This document shows, one piece after another, positions 1-9,526 of a DNA stretch of 64,000 bases. The DNA comes from an uncultured Gammaproteobacteria bacterium (GTDB taxonomy: Bacteria > Pseudomonadota > Gammaproteobacteria > GCA-002705445 > GCA-002716945): positions 15,635 to 79,634 of the forward strand of contig CACLCV010000001.1 of the NCBI GenBank assembly GCA_902605525.1. Reading direction: 5' to 3'. Every line of letters starts with the position of its first letter. Positions within the stretch are counted from its first letter, which is position 1. The translations under genes were made by a program, and so were the position numbers. The notes under the pieces are model-generated. The model was not told the DNA's origin, ran no database searches, and worked only from the letters and a program-made list of their open reading frames with translations.

Positions 1-463
1 GCTCTACTATTGATGCTATTTTATTGTTATGAGCATACCCATACACATAGTTATTTTTTTCAATTTTTGTAAATCTTCTTAATTTTATGTTTTCTCCTAG
101 CTTAGAAATAATAGATTTAATTTCATCTGATATTTCATTTATCACATCAGACTCATCATTTTCTAATAATTTATTTGCTATAGATGTAGCAAGGTCAATA
201 AAGTTAGAGTCTCTTGCTACAAAATCAGTTTCTGAATTAAGCTCTAATAATAGTATATTTTTCTCATTTTGATAATAATTAACTATACCCTCTGCAGCTA
301 TTCTAGCTCCTTTTTTATCTGCCTTTACACCAGCTTCAGATCTAAAAAGTTTAATAGCTTCATCAATATTATTATTTGCTTTGACTAAATATTTCTTACA
401 ATCTAGTATACCCGCACCCGTCATTTCCCTAAGCTGTTTAACCAGTTTCTTTGAATCATTCAT
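1..463 (-). CDS. tsf: Elongation factor Ts, N-terminal part (gene runs off the left edge)
   Basis: My own minus-strand translation from the ATG at 463 gives MNDSKKLVKQLREMTGAGILDCKKYLVKANNNIDEAIKLFRSEAGVKADKKGARIAAEGIV. This matches the EF-Ts N-terminal LRE.TGAG..DCKKAL pattern. It lies directly downstream of rpsB. It is absent from the ORF track because it is truncated. Confidence 0.9.
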   Translation of the reverse strand, partial: MNDSKKLVKQLREMTGAGILDCKKYLVKANNNIDEAIKLFRSEAGVKADKKGARIAAEGIVNYYQNEKNILLLELNSETDFVARDSNFIDLATSIANKLLENDESDVINEISDEIKSIISKLGENIKLRRFTKIEKNNYVYGYAHNNKIASIVE

Positions 464-1301
464 CACGATTATCATCTAGATTTTCTTTTTCATCTTTTGA
501 TTTTTTAGAAGTTGGTTTTGACTTTGATGCAACTTTTTTAACTTCAGGTGCTTTAAGAATTTTTTTGGCTTTTATTGATTTTTTCTCCCCCTTATCAGAG
601 TTAGAATTACTTACAACTTTTTTTGGCTTTGATTCTAATATGATTTTAGATATCGAATTCATAAAAAGATCTATTGATGACATAGCATCATCGTTTGCAG
701 GTATCATATAATCAACGCCATCAAAAGAATTATTAGAGTCTACAAGAGCAATAACTGGAATATTCAATTTATTAGCTTCTTGTATAGCAATTCTCTCATA
801 TCTTGTATCGATAACAAATATAGCATCTGGAAGCTTTGTTAAATGTTGAACACCAAGTAAGTTTTTTTCTAATCTCTCTATTTTTCTTTTCAAGTCTATA
901 GCTTGCTTTTTTGATAAATTATATATCGACTGATTTTTATATTTGTTCCTCAAATCATCAAGTTTTGCAATAGATTGTTTAACAGTATTGAAGTTCGTTA
1001 AAAGACCACCTAACCATCTATTATTAACATATGGCATCTCAGTAAGATTAGAGTATTTTTTTACTATCTCACATGCAGCTCGTTTAGTACCAATAAACAT
1101 AATCTTTCCATTATTTGTGACAAGATTTTGAATGAATTTTGAGGCTAAGTTGAAATGTTCTATACTCTTTTCAAGATTGAGAATATGTAATTTTTTGTGT
1201 GTTGTGTAAATGTAAGGTTCCATCTTTGGATTCCAGTACTTTGATCTATGTCCGAAGTGGACTCCGGCATCTATCATTTCCTTAATTGATACTCCCTTCA
1301 T
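456..1301 (-). CDS. rpsB: 30S ribosomal protein S2, with a Lys-rich C-terminal extension
   Basis: The N-terminus MKGVSIKEMIDAGVHFGHRSKYWNPKM is the S2 signature region. The protein is 281 aa, about 40 aa longer than E. coli S2. Its stop overlaps the tsf start by 8 nt. Confidence 0.95.
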   Translation of the reverse strand: MKGVSIKEMIDAGVHFGHRSKYWNPKMEPYIYTTHKKLHILNLEKSIEHFNLASKFIQNLVTNNGKIMFIGTKRAACEIVKKYSNLTEMPYVNNRWLGGLLTNFNTVKQSIAKLDDLRNKYKNQSIYNLSKKQAIDLKRKIERLEKNLLGVQHLTKLPDAIFVIDTRYERIAIQEANKLNIPVIALVDSNNSFDGVDYMIPANDDAMSSIDLFMNSISKIILESKPKKVVSNSNSDKGEKKSIKAKKILKAPEVKKVASKSKPTSKKSKDEKENLDDNRDE

Positions 1302-1407
1302 ATAAAAAATACTCCAATAAAATTCATAAAGTGTTGTATCATATTTGTGTGATTACAACAACTATATACTACTATTTTTTTACTGAAATGCTTAAATTCA
1401 ATAGGTT

Positions 1408-2190
1408 ATGAAAGACTATATTAAAACATTAGATGAGATTAAAAAAATGAAAATAGCTGGTAAGCTAGCTTCAGATGTGCTCATGATGATAAAGGATCAT
1501 GTGAAACCAGGAATCTCAACTGGTGAACTTGATAGGCTATGTCATAACTATATTGTAGATGTACAGAAAGCTATACCAGCGCCTTTGAACTACAGAGGTT
1601 TCCCTAAGTCTATATGTACGTCTGTTAATCATCAAATTTGTCATGGTATTCCATCAGATTCTAAAAAACTTAAAAGTGGAGATATTATAAATATTGATGT
1701 AACTGTTATAAAGGACGGTTATCATGGTGATACAAGCCGTATGTTTTTGGTTGGTAAAACATCTACATTATCAAATCGGTTATGTGAAATTACAAGAAAA
1801 TCAATGATAGAGGGTATAAAAGTAATCAAACCCGGTGCTACAGTTGGAGATATTGGAGAAGCAATACAGGTATATGCAGAGTCTAATAATTACTCTGTAG
1901 TAAGAGAGTATTGTGGTCATGGAATTGGAAGAAAATTTCATGAAAGTCCTCAAATCCTTCACTATGGAAAAAAGAATACAGGATTAAAGCTAGAAGCTGG
2001 CATGATATTTACTGTAGAACCTATGATTAATGTTGGTAGCTACAAAACTAAAACCTTAAATGATGGTTGGACAGTTGTAACTCAGGATCATGAACTATCA
2101 GCTCAATACGAACACACGGTACTCGTAACAGAAGATGGGTTTGACGTATTGACTATAAGGCCAGAAGAGGACATCAATGAATTCAAATAA
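1408..2190 (+). CDS. map: Methionine aminopeptidase, type I
   Basis: 260 aa with the MetAP metal-site contexts DVTVIKDGYHGDTSRMF, YCGHGIG and FTVEPM. Confidence 0.95.
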   Translation: MKDYIKTLDEIKKMKIAGKLASDVLMMIKDHVKPGISTGELDRLCHNYIVDVQKAIPAPLNYRGFPKSICTSVNHQICHGIPSDSKKLKSGDIINIDVTVIKDGYHGDTSRMFLVGKTSTLSNRLCEITRKSMIEGIKVIKPGATVGDIGEAIQVYAESNNYSVVREYCGHGIGRKFHESPQILHYGKKNTGLKLEAGMIFTVEPMINVGSYKTKTLNDGWTVVTQDHELSAQYEHTVLVTEDGFDVLTIRPEEDINEFK

Positions 2191-3316
2191 TAAAGTAGTG
2201 AAATTGCTGTCGGAACTAATACATTTTAAATCAGTAACTCCTGATACATCAGACTGCCAAAAATATATAGATAATTATCTTTCAGAATCTAATTTTAAAA
2301 CGGAATATAAAAAATATGATTCTGTACAAAATATGATTTCAACTTATGGTAAAGGCGCCCCATGTTTAGCTTTTATTGGACATACAGATGTTGTCCCATC
2401 GGGTGATGAAGCACAATGGGAATCAGATCCATTTGAACTCACAAAGAAAAATGATTTTCTTGTTGGCAGAGGTACATCTGATATGAAAGGTGGTATTGCA
2501 TGTTTCATGCAAGCTGTTCGAGAGTTTATTGAAGAAAATGAAAATTTTGACGGGTCAATAAAATTGATACTAACAGGTGATGAGGAAGGTGATGCAGTAA
2601 ATGGCATTAGGAAACTTGTTGATAGTCATGTGTTTAAAGAAAACGAACTAGACTTCTGTTTAGTAGGAGAGCCCTCATCCTCTGATAAGATAGGAGATGT
2701 TATTAGGAATGGACGAAGAGGTTCTATAACTGGTCATTTAATACTTCATGGAATTCAAGGTCATGTTGCATATCCAGAAAAAGCAAAAAACCCAATACAT
2801 ATTAGCTCTAAAATTATCTCAGAGTTTTTAGATATCAAATTTGATAATGGTAATAAATATTTTCCACCTACTTCTTTTCAAATATCTAATATAAATAGTG
2901 GTACGGGCGTAGATAATGTAATACCTGCAAATATTAAAATTGCATTTAATATAAGATACTCGACTGAAACTGATCACGATGAAATTAAAGATACAATTAC
3001 AAATATACTAGATAATAATAATGCAAAATATGATATCACTTGGAAGCATTCAGGCGAACCATATCTAACAACTGATCATGAATTTATTGATATATGTAAA
3101 GACTCTATTGAAGAGATAGCAGATATAAAAACACTGATAAGTACTAATGGTGGTACATCTGATGGGAGATTTATGGCAAAGGTGTGTAAGCAAGTTGTTG
3201 AACTAGGACTTACAAATAGATCTATTCATAAAATCAATGAATGTGTCAAGGAAGATGATTTAAGGACACTCGTAGAGATTTATAAAAACATATTATTAAA
3301 GATATTTGTCAAGTAA
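2177..3316 (+). CDS. dapE: Succinyl-diaminopimelate desuccinylase (M20 peptidase)
   Basis: 379 aa with the motifs GHTDVVP, GRGTSDMKG and LTGDEEG, and DapE-like length. Confidence 0.85.
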   Translation: MNSNNKVVKLLSELIHFKSVTPDTSDCQKYIDNYLSESNFKTEYKKYDSVQNMISTYGKGAPCLAFIGHTDVVPSGDEAQWESDPFELTKKNDFLVGRGTSDMKGGIACFMQAVREFIEENENFDGSIKLILTGDEEGDAVNGIRKLVDSHVFKENELDFCLVGEPSSSDKIGDVIRNGRRGSITGHLILHGIQGHVAYPEKAKNPIHISSKIISEFLDIKFDNGNKYFPPTSFQISNINSGTGVDNVIPANIKIAFNIRYSTETDHDEIKDTITNILDNNNAKYDITWKHSGEPYLTTDHEFIDICKDSIEEIADIKTLISTNGGTSDGRFMAKVCKQVVELGLTNRSIHKINECVKEDDLRTLVEIYKNILLKIFVK

Positions 3317-4880
3317 TAAAAGATGAATCGATTAATTCTTGAGTATATTTTTCACTAGGATTTTCAAAAACTTTTTTTGTTGGTCCCTCTTCAATTACAT
3401 TTGCATCTTTCATTACATATGTTCTGTGACATATTTTCCGTATCAAATGTAGATCATGACTTATAAAGCAATAAGATAGGTTGTATTTTTCTTGAAGATC
3501 CAAAAGAAGCTTAACAATGCTTTCTTGAACTAAAACATCTAGTGCGCTTGTGGGTTCATCTAATATCAATAATTTTGGTTGGAGAATCAAAGCACGAGCA
3601 ATTGCAATTCTCTGCCTTTGACCGCCAGAGAACTCTTGTGGATATCGATAAAGCATGTCTTCATCAAGACCTACATCTTTTAGAATGCTTTTACACATTC
3701 TATGAATGATATGTATATCAGTAATATCTAGTAAACTTTTTACTCCCTCAGAAAGTATTTGCATAATAGTCATTCTTGGAGATAACGATGAAAATGGATC
3801 TTGAAATATAATCTGGAAATTTTTTCTAAGTTTTCTATCAAGATTAATTTGAGTTTTATCAATATCTTGACAAATTTTTATATTCCCTTCGTAAGACAAT
3901 AAATGCATTATTGACATTGCTAATGTAGTCTTTCCTGAACCAGACTCTCCAACAATGCCAACTGATTCTCCCTCTTTTATATGAATATTTATATTTTCTA
4001 ACGCTTTATAATAGAGCCTTTTATATTTAAAGAGGCTATCTTTGGTTAAATATTTACAATTAAGCTTATTCGTCTCTAATACTAACTGTTGCGTATCAAT
4101 AATAGTATTCCTGTATGTGGGTGTTTTAAAATTAACAAGTTCTTTAGTATATTCATGTTGTGGATTAGAAAATATGTTACTAGTTGTATTGGATTCTAGT
4201 AGCTTACCCTCTTTCATTACAATAATTCTATCGCAATATTTTTTGATGAGATTAATATCATGCGAGATCAATATCATAGACATGTCTAAGTTACTCTTTA
4301 AAGTAATTAACATATCTAAAATCTGCTTCTGCAACGTAACATCTAATGCCGTAGTAGGTTCATCAGCAATAATTACTCTAGGTTTTCTAATTATTGACAT
4401 AGCTATCATGAAACGTTGTCTCTGTCCTCCAGATAACATGTGTGGATAGCTAGATAAAATCTTATCGATATCAGTTAAGCCAACAGAAATTAATGTTTCA
4501 TGAATATCATTCAATGTTAACTTATGATTCGATAGCTCAATGCATTCATCTATTTGTGATCTTAGACTTTTTACTGGATTTAGTGAAAGCATAGGCTCCT
4601 GGAATATCATGGATAATTTGTTACCTCTAATAGCGCTCAACTCATTATTAGTTAAATCAAAAATATTATTATCTTCAAAGATTATTTCTCCGGAAGAATT
4701 AAATATATTATCATCTAACAATCCAAGAGCTGAGAGTGCTGTTAAAGATTTTCCTGATCCAGATTCTCCAACAATTCCTAATGCCTCTCCTCGGTCAAGC
4801 TCAAACGATAGATTGCTAACAAGATTAGCATTTGTATTCTTTAGTCCTATGTTTAATTTTTTAAATTTAAGAATACTCAT
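3309..4880 (-). CDS. yejF: ABC transporter, fused double ATPase (YejF-type peptide/microcin C importer)
   Basis: Two Walker A sites (GESGSGKS twice) and two LSGGQRQR signatures. The 523 aa length and last position in an A-B-E-F gene order match E. coli yejABEF. Confidence 0.8.
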   Translation of the reverse strand: MSILKFKKLNIGLKNTNANLVSNLSFELDRGEALGIVGESGSGKSLTALSALGLLDDNIFNSSGEIIFEDNNIFDLTNNELSAIRGNKLSMIFQEPMLSLNPVKSLRSQIDECIELSNHKLTLNDIHETLISVGLTDIDKILSSYPHMLSGGQRQRFMIAMSIIRKPRVIIADEPTTALDVTLQKQILDMLITLKSNLDMSMILISHDINLIKKYCDRIIVMKEGKLLESNTTSNIFSNPQHEYTKELVNFKTPTYRNTIIDTQQLVLETNKLNCKYLTKDSLFKYKRLYYKALENINIHIKEGESVGIVGESGSGKTTLAMSIMHLLSYEGNIKICQDIDKTQINLDRKLRKNFQIIFQDPFSSLSPRMTIMQILSEGVKSLLDITDIHIIHRMCKSILKDVGLDEDMLYRYPQEFSGGQRQRIAIARALILQPKLLILDEPTSALDVLVQESIVKLLLDLQEKYNLSYCFISHDLHLIRKICHRTYVMKDANVIEEGPTKKVFENPSEKYTQELIDSSFIT

Positions 4881-5890
4881 GATGATTTTCCACTGATAGA
4901 CTCCCTAATTCCTTCTCCAATGAAGATAAGTAGCAATAAAGTTCCTACTAATACAAGGAAAGTGGTCAATGAAAGCCACCATGCAGAAATATTGTCTTTA
5001 CCTTGTGAGAGAAGTTCACCTAAACTAGGTGTTGTAGGTGGAACGCCGAGACCTAAAAAATCTAAGCTAGTTAAAATAAGTATGGCGCCACTTATTCTAA
5101 AAGGTAGAAACGTTACCACAGAAATTAAACTATTTGGTAGTATGTGTTTAACTATAATTTGCCAATCATTTAGACCTAGTGTACGAGCAGCATTAACATA
5201 GTCCATATTTCTTCCCTTTAAGAATTCTGCACGAACATAGTCAGATAAACTTATCCAGCCAAATAAAGACAAAAGTATAATCAACAGTAAAATGCTAGGT
5301 TCAAAAATTGATGCAAATATTATTAAAATATATAGTTCAGGCATCGACCCCCAAATCTCAATAAAACGTTGTAAGTATAGATCAGTTCTGCCTGCAAAGT
5401 ATCCTTGGATAGCTCCAAAGAATAATCCTATGATTATGCCTATAGCCGTTAAAGCTAAAGCAAAAATCACGGATAATCTAAAACCATAGATAAGTCTGGC
5501 CAGTACATCCCTGCCCCTATCATCCGTGCCCAGTATATTATATGCAGATGGTGGAGCAGGATTTGGTGTTGAATTATTGAAATTAATAGAGTTGTATGAA
5601 TGAGGATTAAGTGGGAAGATAGCCCAGTTGTTAGAATTATCTAGTAAATCGCTAATGAAGTATCCTTTATAGTCAGGTGTAGTCTCTAATTCTCCACCAA
5701 AATCTCTTTCAGTATATTCAATAATATATGGATAATACATGCTGCCCTCAACGCTCATCATGATTGGTTTATTATTACTTATAAGTTCAGAAAAGAGGCT
5801 AAGAATGAATAAAGTTAAAAATATATATAAAGAATAAATACTTCTTTTATTTCGTTTAAAATTTTTCCAGATTACATCAAAAGTATTCAT
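4877..5890 (-). CDS. yejE: ABC transporter permease (YejE-type)
   Basis: 337-aa polytopic membrane protein. Length and position match YejE. A 4-nt overlap couples it to yejF. Confidence 0.75.
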   Translation of the reverse strand: MNTFDVIWKNFKRNKRSIYSLYIFLTLFILSLFSELISNNKPIMMSVEGSMYYPYIIEYTERDFGGELETTPDYKGYFISDLLDNSNNWAIFPLNPHSYNSINFNNSTPNPAPPSAYNILGTDDRGRDVLARLIYGFRLSVIFALALTAIGIIIGLFFGAIQGYFAGRTDLYLQRFIEIWGSMPELYILIIFASIFEPSILLLIILLSLFGWISLSDYVRAEFLKGRNMDYVNAARTLGLNDWQIIVKHILPNSLISVVTFLPFRISGAILILTSLDFLGLGVPPTTPSLGELLSQGKDNISAWWLSLTTFLVLVGTLLLLIFIGEGIRESISGKSS

Positions 5891-6963
5891 TAAGAATTCC
5901 TTTGTGTACTTGATGATGAAAATTTAATTCTTGGATCTACATAGACATACATTATATCTGTAATTAATTTAGTAATTAGACCTATAAGGGTAAATATGAA
6001 TAATGTTCCCATCACAACAGGATAATCTCTCTGAATTATTGCTTCGTATGAGAGAAGGCCAATTCCATCAAGAGAAAATATTGTTTCAATAAGAATGCTA
6101 CCAGTAAAAAACGCAGAGACGAACTGAGCTGGGAAACCAGTGAGGATTGGAATGATTGCATTTTTAAAGACATGAGAATAAAGTACTTTATTTTCACTCA
6201 ATCCCTTTGATCGTGCCGTAACAACATACAATTTATTTATCTCATCAATAAAGCTATTTTTAGTGAGCATTGTCATAACCGCGAAACTTCCAATAACAAG
6301 ACAAATTATTGGTAAAGTAATATGCCACAGATAATCCGTAATTTTTCTAAAAAAATTTAAATCTTCCCAATTATCTGAGACTATTCCCCGTGTAGGGAAA
6401 ATATCAAAAAAACTGCCTCCCCCCAAAAGTACAATAAGACCTATGCCAAGGACAAAACCTGGAATAGAGTATCCTATTAGGACTATAGTGCTTGATACTA
6501 TGTCAAACCTGCTACCATCATTTACAGCTTTTTTAATACCGAGCGGAATACTTACAGCATATACGAGGATGAAAGACCATAATCCTAAAGTAATAGATAC
6601 AGGCAGTTTACTCAAAACTAAGTCGCTTACACTTTGATTATGAAAGTAACTCACACCTAAATCAAATACAGCATAATTGCTTATCAGAATTAAAAATCTT
6701 TCAAAAAATGGCTTATCGAATCCATAAAATTCATTAAGTTGTGAAATATGTTCTTCTGAAAGACCGCTAGAACCTCTGTATAAATTAGATGATGATGAAG
6801 TTTCAGTTATAGCATTTAATCCTGATAGTTTATTTACAATTTGCTCAACTGGACCTCCAGGCACAAATTGAATAATTAAGAATGTGAGAAAAAGAATACC
6901 TAATAATGTTGGTATCATTAGTAGTAATCTTTTGAAAATATACAGGATCATTTCATGGACCAT
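5890..6963 (-). CDS. yejB: ABC transporter permease (YejB-type)
   Basis: 357-aa polytopic membrane protein of the Dpp/Opp permease type. The true start may be the Met at 6951 (MILYIFKRLL). Confidence 0.75.
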   Translation of the reverse strand: MVHEMILYIFKRLLLMIPTLLGILFLTFLIIQFVPGGPVEQIVNKLSGLNAITETSSSSNLYRGSSGLSEEHISQLNEFYGFDKPFFERFLILISNYAVFDLGVSYFHNQSVSDLVLSKLPVSITLGLWSFILVYAVSIPLGIKKAVNDGSRFDIVSSTIVLIGYSIPGFVLGIGLIVLLGGGSFFDIFPTRGIVSDNWEDLNFFRKITDYLWHITLPIICLVIGSFAVMTMLTKNSFIDEINKLYVVTARSKGLSENKVLYSHVFKNAIIPILTGFPAQFVSAFFTGSILIETIFSLDGIGLLSYEAIIQRDYPVVMGTLFIFTLIGLITKLITDIMYVYVDPRIKFSSSSTQRNS

Positions 6964-8726
6964 GTTTGTAGCACATAATTTGTTGCTTGGTAGTACAGCG
7001 GTAAAATATCAGGTTGTAAAAACAGATCATAAAATGCAACTCTATGGGTATTTATATACCAATTAGGTACCATATAATATTGATTCCATAATAATCTATC
7101 CAATAAATGGGCGGAGGTAATTAAATTATCCCTGCTTTGAGAGTAAATAATTTCATTGATCAACTTATCAATATCTTGATCTCTAATACCAGGAAAATTA
7201 AACGCTCCATTTTTATCAGAACTCTCAGATGAGAACATACTCATAAGCTCACTTCCGGGCGATTGAGATTGAGGATAACTGACTACCGTCATATCAAATT
7301 CAAAATTATCTAATCTTTGCTGGTATAGAGACAAATCAACAGTTCGATAATTAAGAGTAATTCCCAGTCTCTTTAGATTATTTCGAAATGGGGCAAGTAT
7401 CCTTTCAAAACCTTTTTGTGCTAAAAGAAAATTAATAATAATTGGTTGATTAGAGGGTGAATATAACTGCCCATTTCTGACAATATAACCAGATTTATCT
7501 AATATTTTTTTAGCACTAATGAGAGATTTTCTATAGTCCGACGGACTTTTATTGATTGGTAGCTTAATTTTATCTTTAACTTTTATTTTATTTATATTTA
7601 ATTTCTCAACTAGCATGAGTTCATCATTACTGGGTTTTATATCAGCAACTAATTCGCTATTACTAAAGTAACTGTCTGATCTTAAATATTGATTATAAAA
7701 AAGATTTTTATTAGACCATTCAAAATCAAACACCATAGTGATGGCTTTCCTTAAATTAATCTCATTGAATATATCTTTGCGAGTATTAAATGCAAAACCT
7801 TGGATGCCTGTATTATTTAAATGAACAAGCTCAGTTTTAATTATCTTATTATTAATAAAATTTGGTCCATTATAATCTCTTGCCCATCGTTTAGAGTGGT
7901 TTTCAAGTATATAGTCATACTCACCTGCTTTGAATGCCTCTAAAGCAACAGTCATGTCTTTATAATACTTAATTGTGATTGAATCAAAATTATACATATA
8001 TTTTCTTGTTGGCTTACTGTTTGCCCAGTAATCTTTATTTCTAATGTATGTTATATATTTACCAATACTATAATCTTCAATAAGATATGGACCACTAGCA
8101 ATAGGGCTTTTTTTTACATCTTTGGGAAACTGCTCAATCGAAAGCCATTCTCTTGAAAAAATAGGTAAATCACCAATCATCATATGTAGCTCAGGATTTT
8201 CTCTTTTAAAAGAAAATTTAATAGTGTAGTCATTTAAAACCTCCACGGACTCAACGTCTGCCCAATAAATTCTGTATTGGGGATGGGCTGCAGATGATGT
8301 TAATAGTTCAAATGAATACTTTATATCCTCCGCTGTTATATGCTTTGAATTACTAAATTTAGCCTCTTCATCGATATAAAATATTACTGATAATTTATCA
8401 TCAGATAGCCTGTATGACTTCGCTATAAGCGAATAACTCGACGATGGTTCATCTAGACTCCTAGTCATCAATGTGTCAAACATAAGATTATTTATTTGAG
8501 CTGGAGACAGAGATTTGAGAAGGTAAGGATTAAGTGAATCAAATGTGCCAAAGGCAGATATTGTTATATTGCCACCTTTTTTTGAGTAAGGATTAACATA
8601 ATCAAAATGTTCAAAATCTTTATATTTTGCTGAGTAACCTATACTAATTGACTCATCAGCATAAATGTAAGTCAATTGAAATATTAAGATTAGTGTTAGA
8701 GTAATTGTATTCTTTAATCTCATCAC
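6948..8726 (-). CDS. yejA: Periplasmic family-5 solute-binding protein (YejA-type)
   Basis: 592 aa with an N-terminal signal peptide (LILIFQLTYIYA|DES). It is the first gene of the yejABEF-ordered operon. Confidence 0.75.
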   Translation of the reverse strand: MMRLKNTITLTLILIFQLTYIYADESISIGYSAKYKDFEHFDYVNPYSKKGGNITISAFGTFDSLNPYLLKSLSPAQINNLMFDTLMTRSLDEPSSSYSLIAKSYRLSDDKLSVIFYIDEEAKFSNSKHITAEDIKYSFELLTSSAAHPQYRIYWADVESVEVLNDYTIKFSFKRENPELHMMIGDLPIFSREWLSIEQFPKDVKKSPIASGPYLIEDYSIGKYITYIRNKDYWANSKPTRKYMYNFDSITIKYYKDMTVALEAFKAGEYDYILENHSKRWARDYNGPNFINNKIIKTELVHLNNTGIQGFAFNTRKDIFNEINLRKAITMVFDFEWSNKNLFYNQYLRSDSYFSNSELVADIKPSNDELMLVEKLNINKIKVKDKIKLPINKSPSDYRKSLISAKKILDKSGYIVRNGQLYSPSNQPIIINFLLAQKGFERILAPFRNNLKRLGITLNYRTVDLSLYQQRLDNFEFDMTVVSYPQSQSPGSELMSMFSSESSDKNGAFNFPGIRDQDIDKLINEIIYSQSRDNLITSAHLLDRLLWNQYYMVPNWYINTHRVAFYDLFLQPDILPLYYQATNYVLQTWSMK

Positions 8727-8755
8727 TCTATAATGTACTATATTACAAATATATT

Positions 8756-9526
8756 ATGAATCTAAAAGGAAAAAATGTTTTAGTAACAGGAATTGCTAGC
8801 AACAGATCAATAGCATATGCTATTTCAAAAATATTACATGAAAATGATGCAAATGTAATAATTTCTTATCAGAATGACAGATTAAAAGATAGAGTGATCA
8901 AATTAAAAAATGAGTTAGGTATCGGTTCTGATGCATATCCATGTGATTTGTCACAAGACAGTGAAATACTTACATTGAAAAATAATGTAATAAAAGATCA
9001 TGGTAATCTAGATGGGATTATCCATTCCGCAGCATTTGCGCCAAAAGAACTATTGAGTGGAAAATATATAGATAATATCACACGAGAAGGTTTTACAATG
9101 GCTCATGATATCAGCTCGTATAGTTTTACGGCTTTGGCAAAGGCATTTAAAGATAATTTAAATAGATCATCATCAATAATAACACTTTCTTACATAGGCG
9201 CAGAGAGAGTTGTTCAAAATTATAATATAATGGGTTTAGCTAAAGCCAGTCTTGAATGTAGCGTAAAATATCTCGCTGACTCACTTGGAGAAGAAGAGAT
9301 AAGGGTTAACGCAATATCTGCTGGGCCTATAAAGACACTTGCAGCAGCTGGTATTAGTGGGTTTAATAAAATACTAGATATTTATAAGGAAAAATCACCA
9401 TTGAAGAAAAACATTACCACGGATGATGTTGCCAATGTGGCATATTTTCTTATATCTGATTTATCGTCATCGGTTACAGGCCAGACAATCTATGTTGATA
9501 ATGGTTTTAATGTAGTCGGTTACTGA
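8756..9526 (+). CDS. fabI: Enoyl-[acyl-carrier-protein] reductase (NADH)
   Basis: MNLKGKNVLVTGIASNRSIAYAI is a FabI-type N-terminus, and YNIMGLAKASLE holds the catalytic Tyr/Lys region. The ORF-track start at 8705 is a TTG extension, so I prefer the ATG at 8756. Confidence 0.9.
   Translation: MNLKGKNVLVTGIASNRSIAYAISKILHENDANVIISYQNDRLKDRVIKLKNELGIGSDAYPCDLSQDSEILTLKNNVIKDHGNLDGIIHSAAFAPKELLSGKYIDNITREGFTMAHDISSYSFTALAKAFKDNLNRSSSIITLSYIGAERVVQNYNIMGLAKASLECSVKYLADSLGEEEIRVNAISAGPIKTLAAAGISGFNKILDIYKEKSPLKKNITTDDVANVAYFLISDLSSSVTGQTIYVDNGFNVVGY

Noticed and set aside
4042-4449. Long antisense ORFs inside well-supported genes. Examples are 4042..4449 and 4540..4896 opposite yejF, 12071..12448, 13088..13474 and 14126..14386 opposite lon, 59006..59389 opposite ilvI, and 33833..34102 opposite dnaX.
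   Set aside because: They lie entirely within strongly motif-supported CDSs on the other strand. Their translations are low-complexity Ser/Leu/Phe/Ile-rich strings with no motifs. They look like classic shadow ORFs in the antisense frame of conserved genes.
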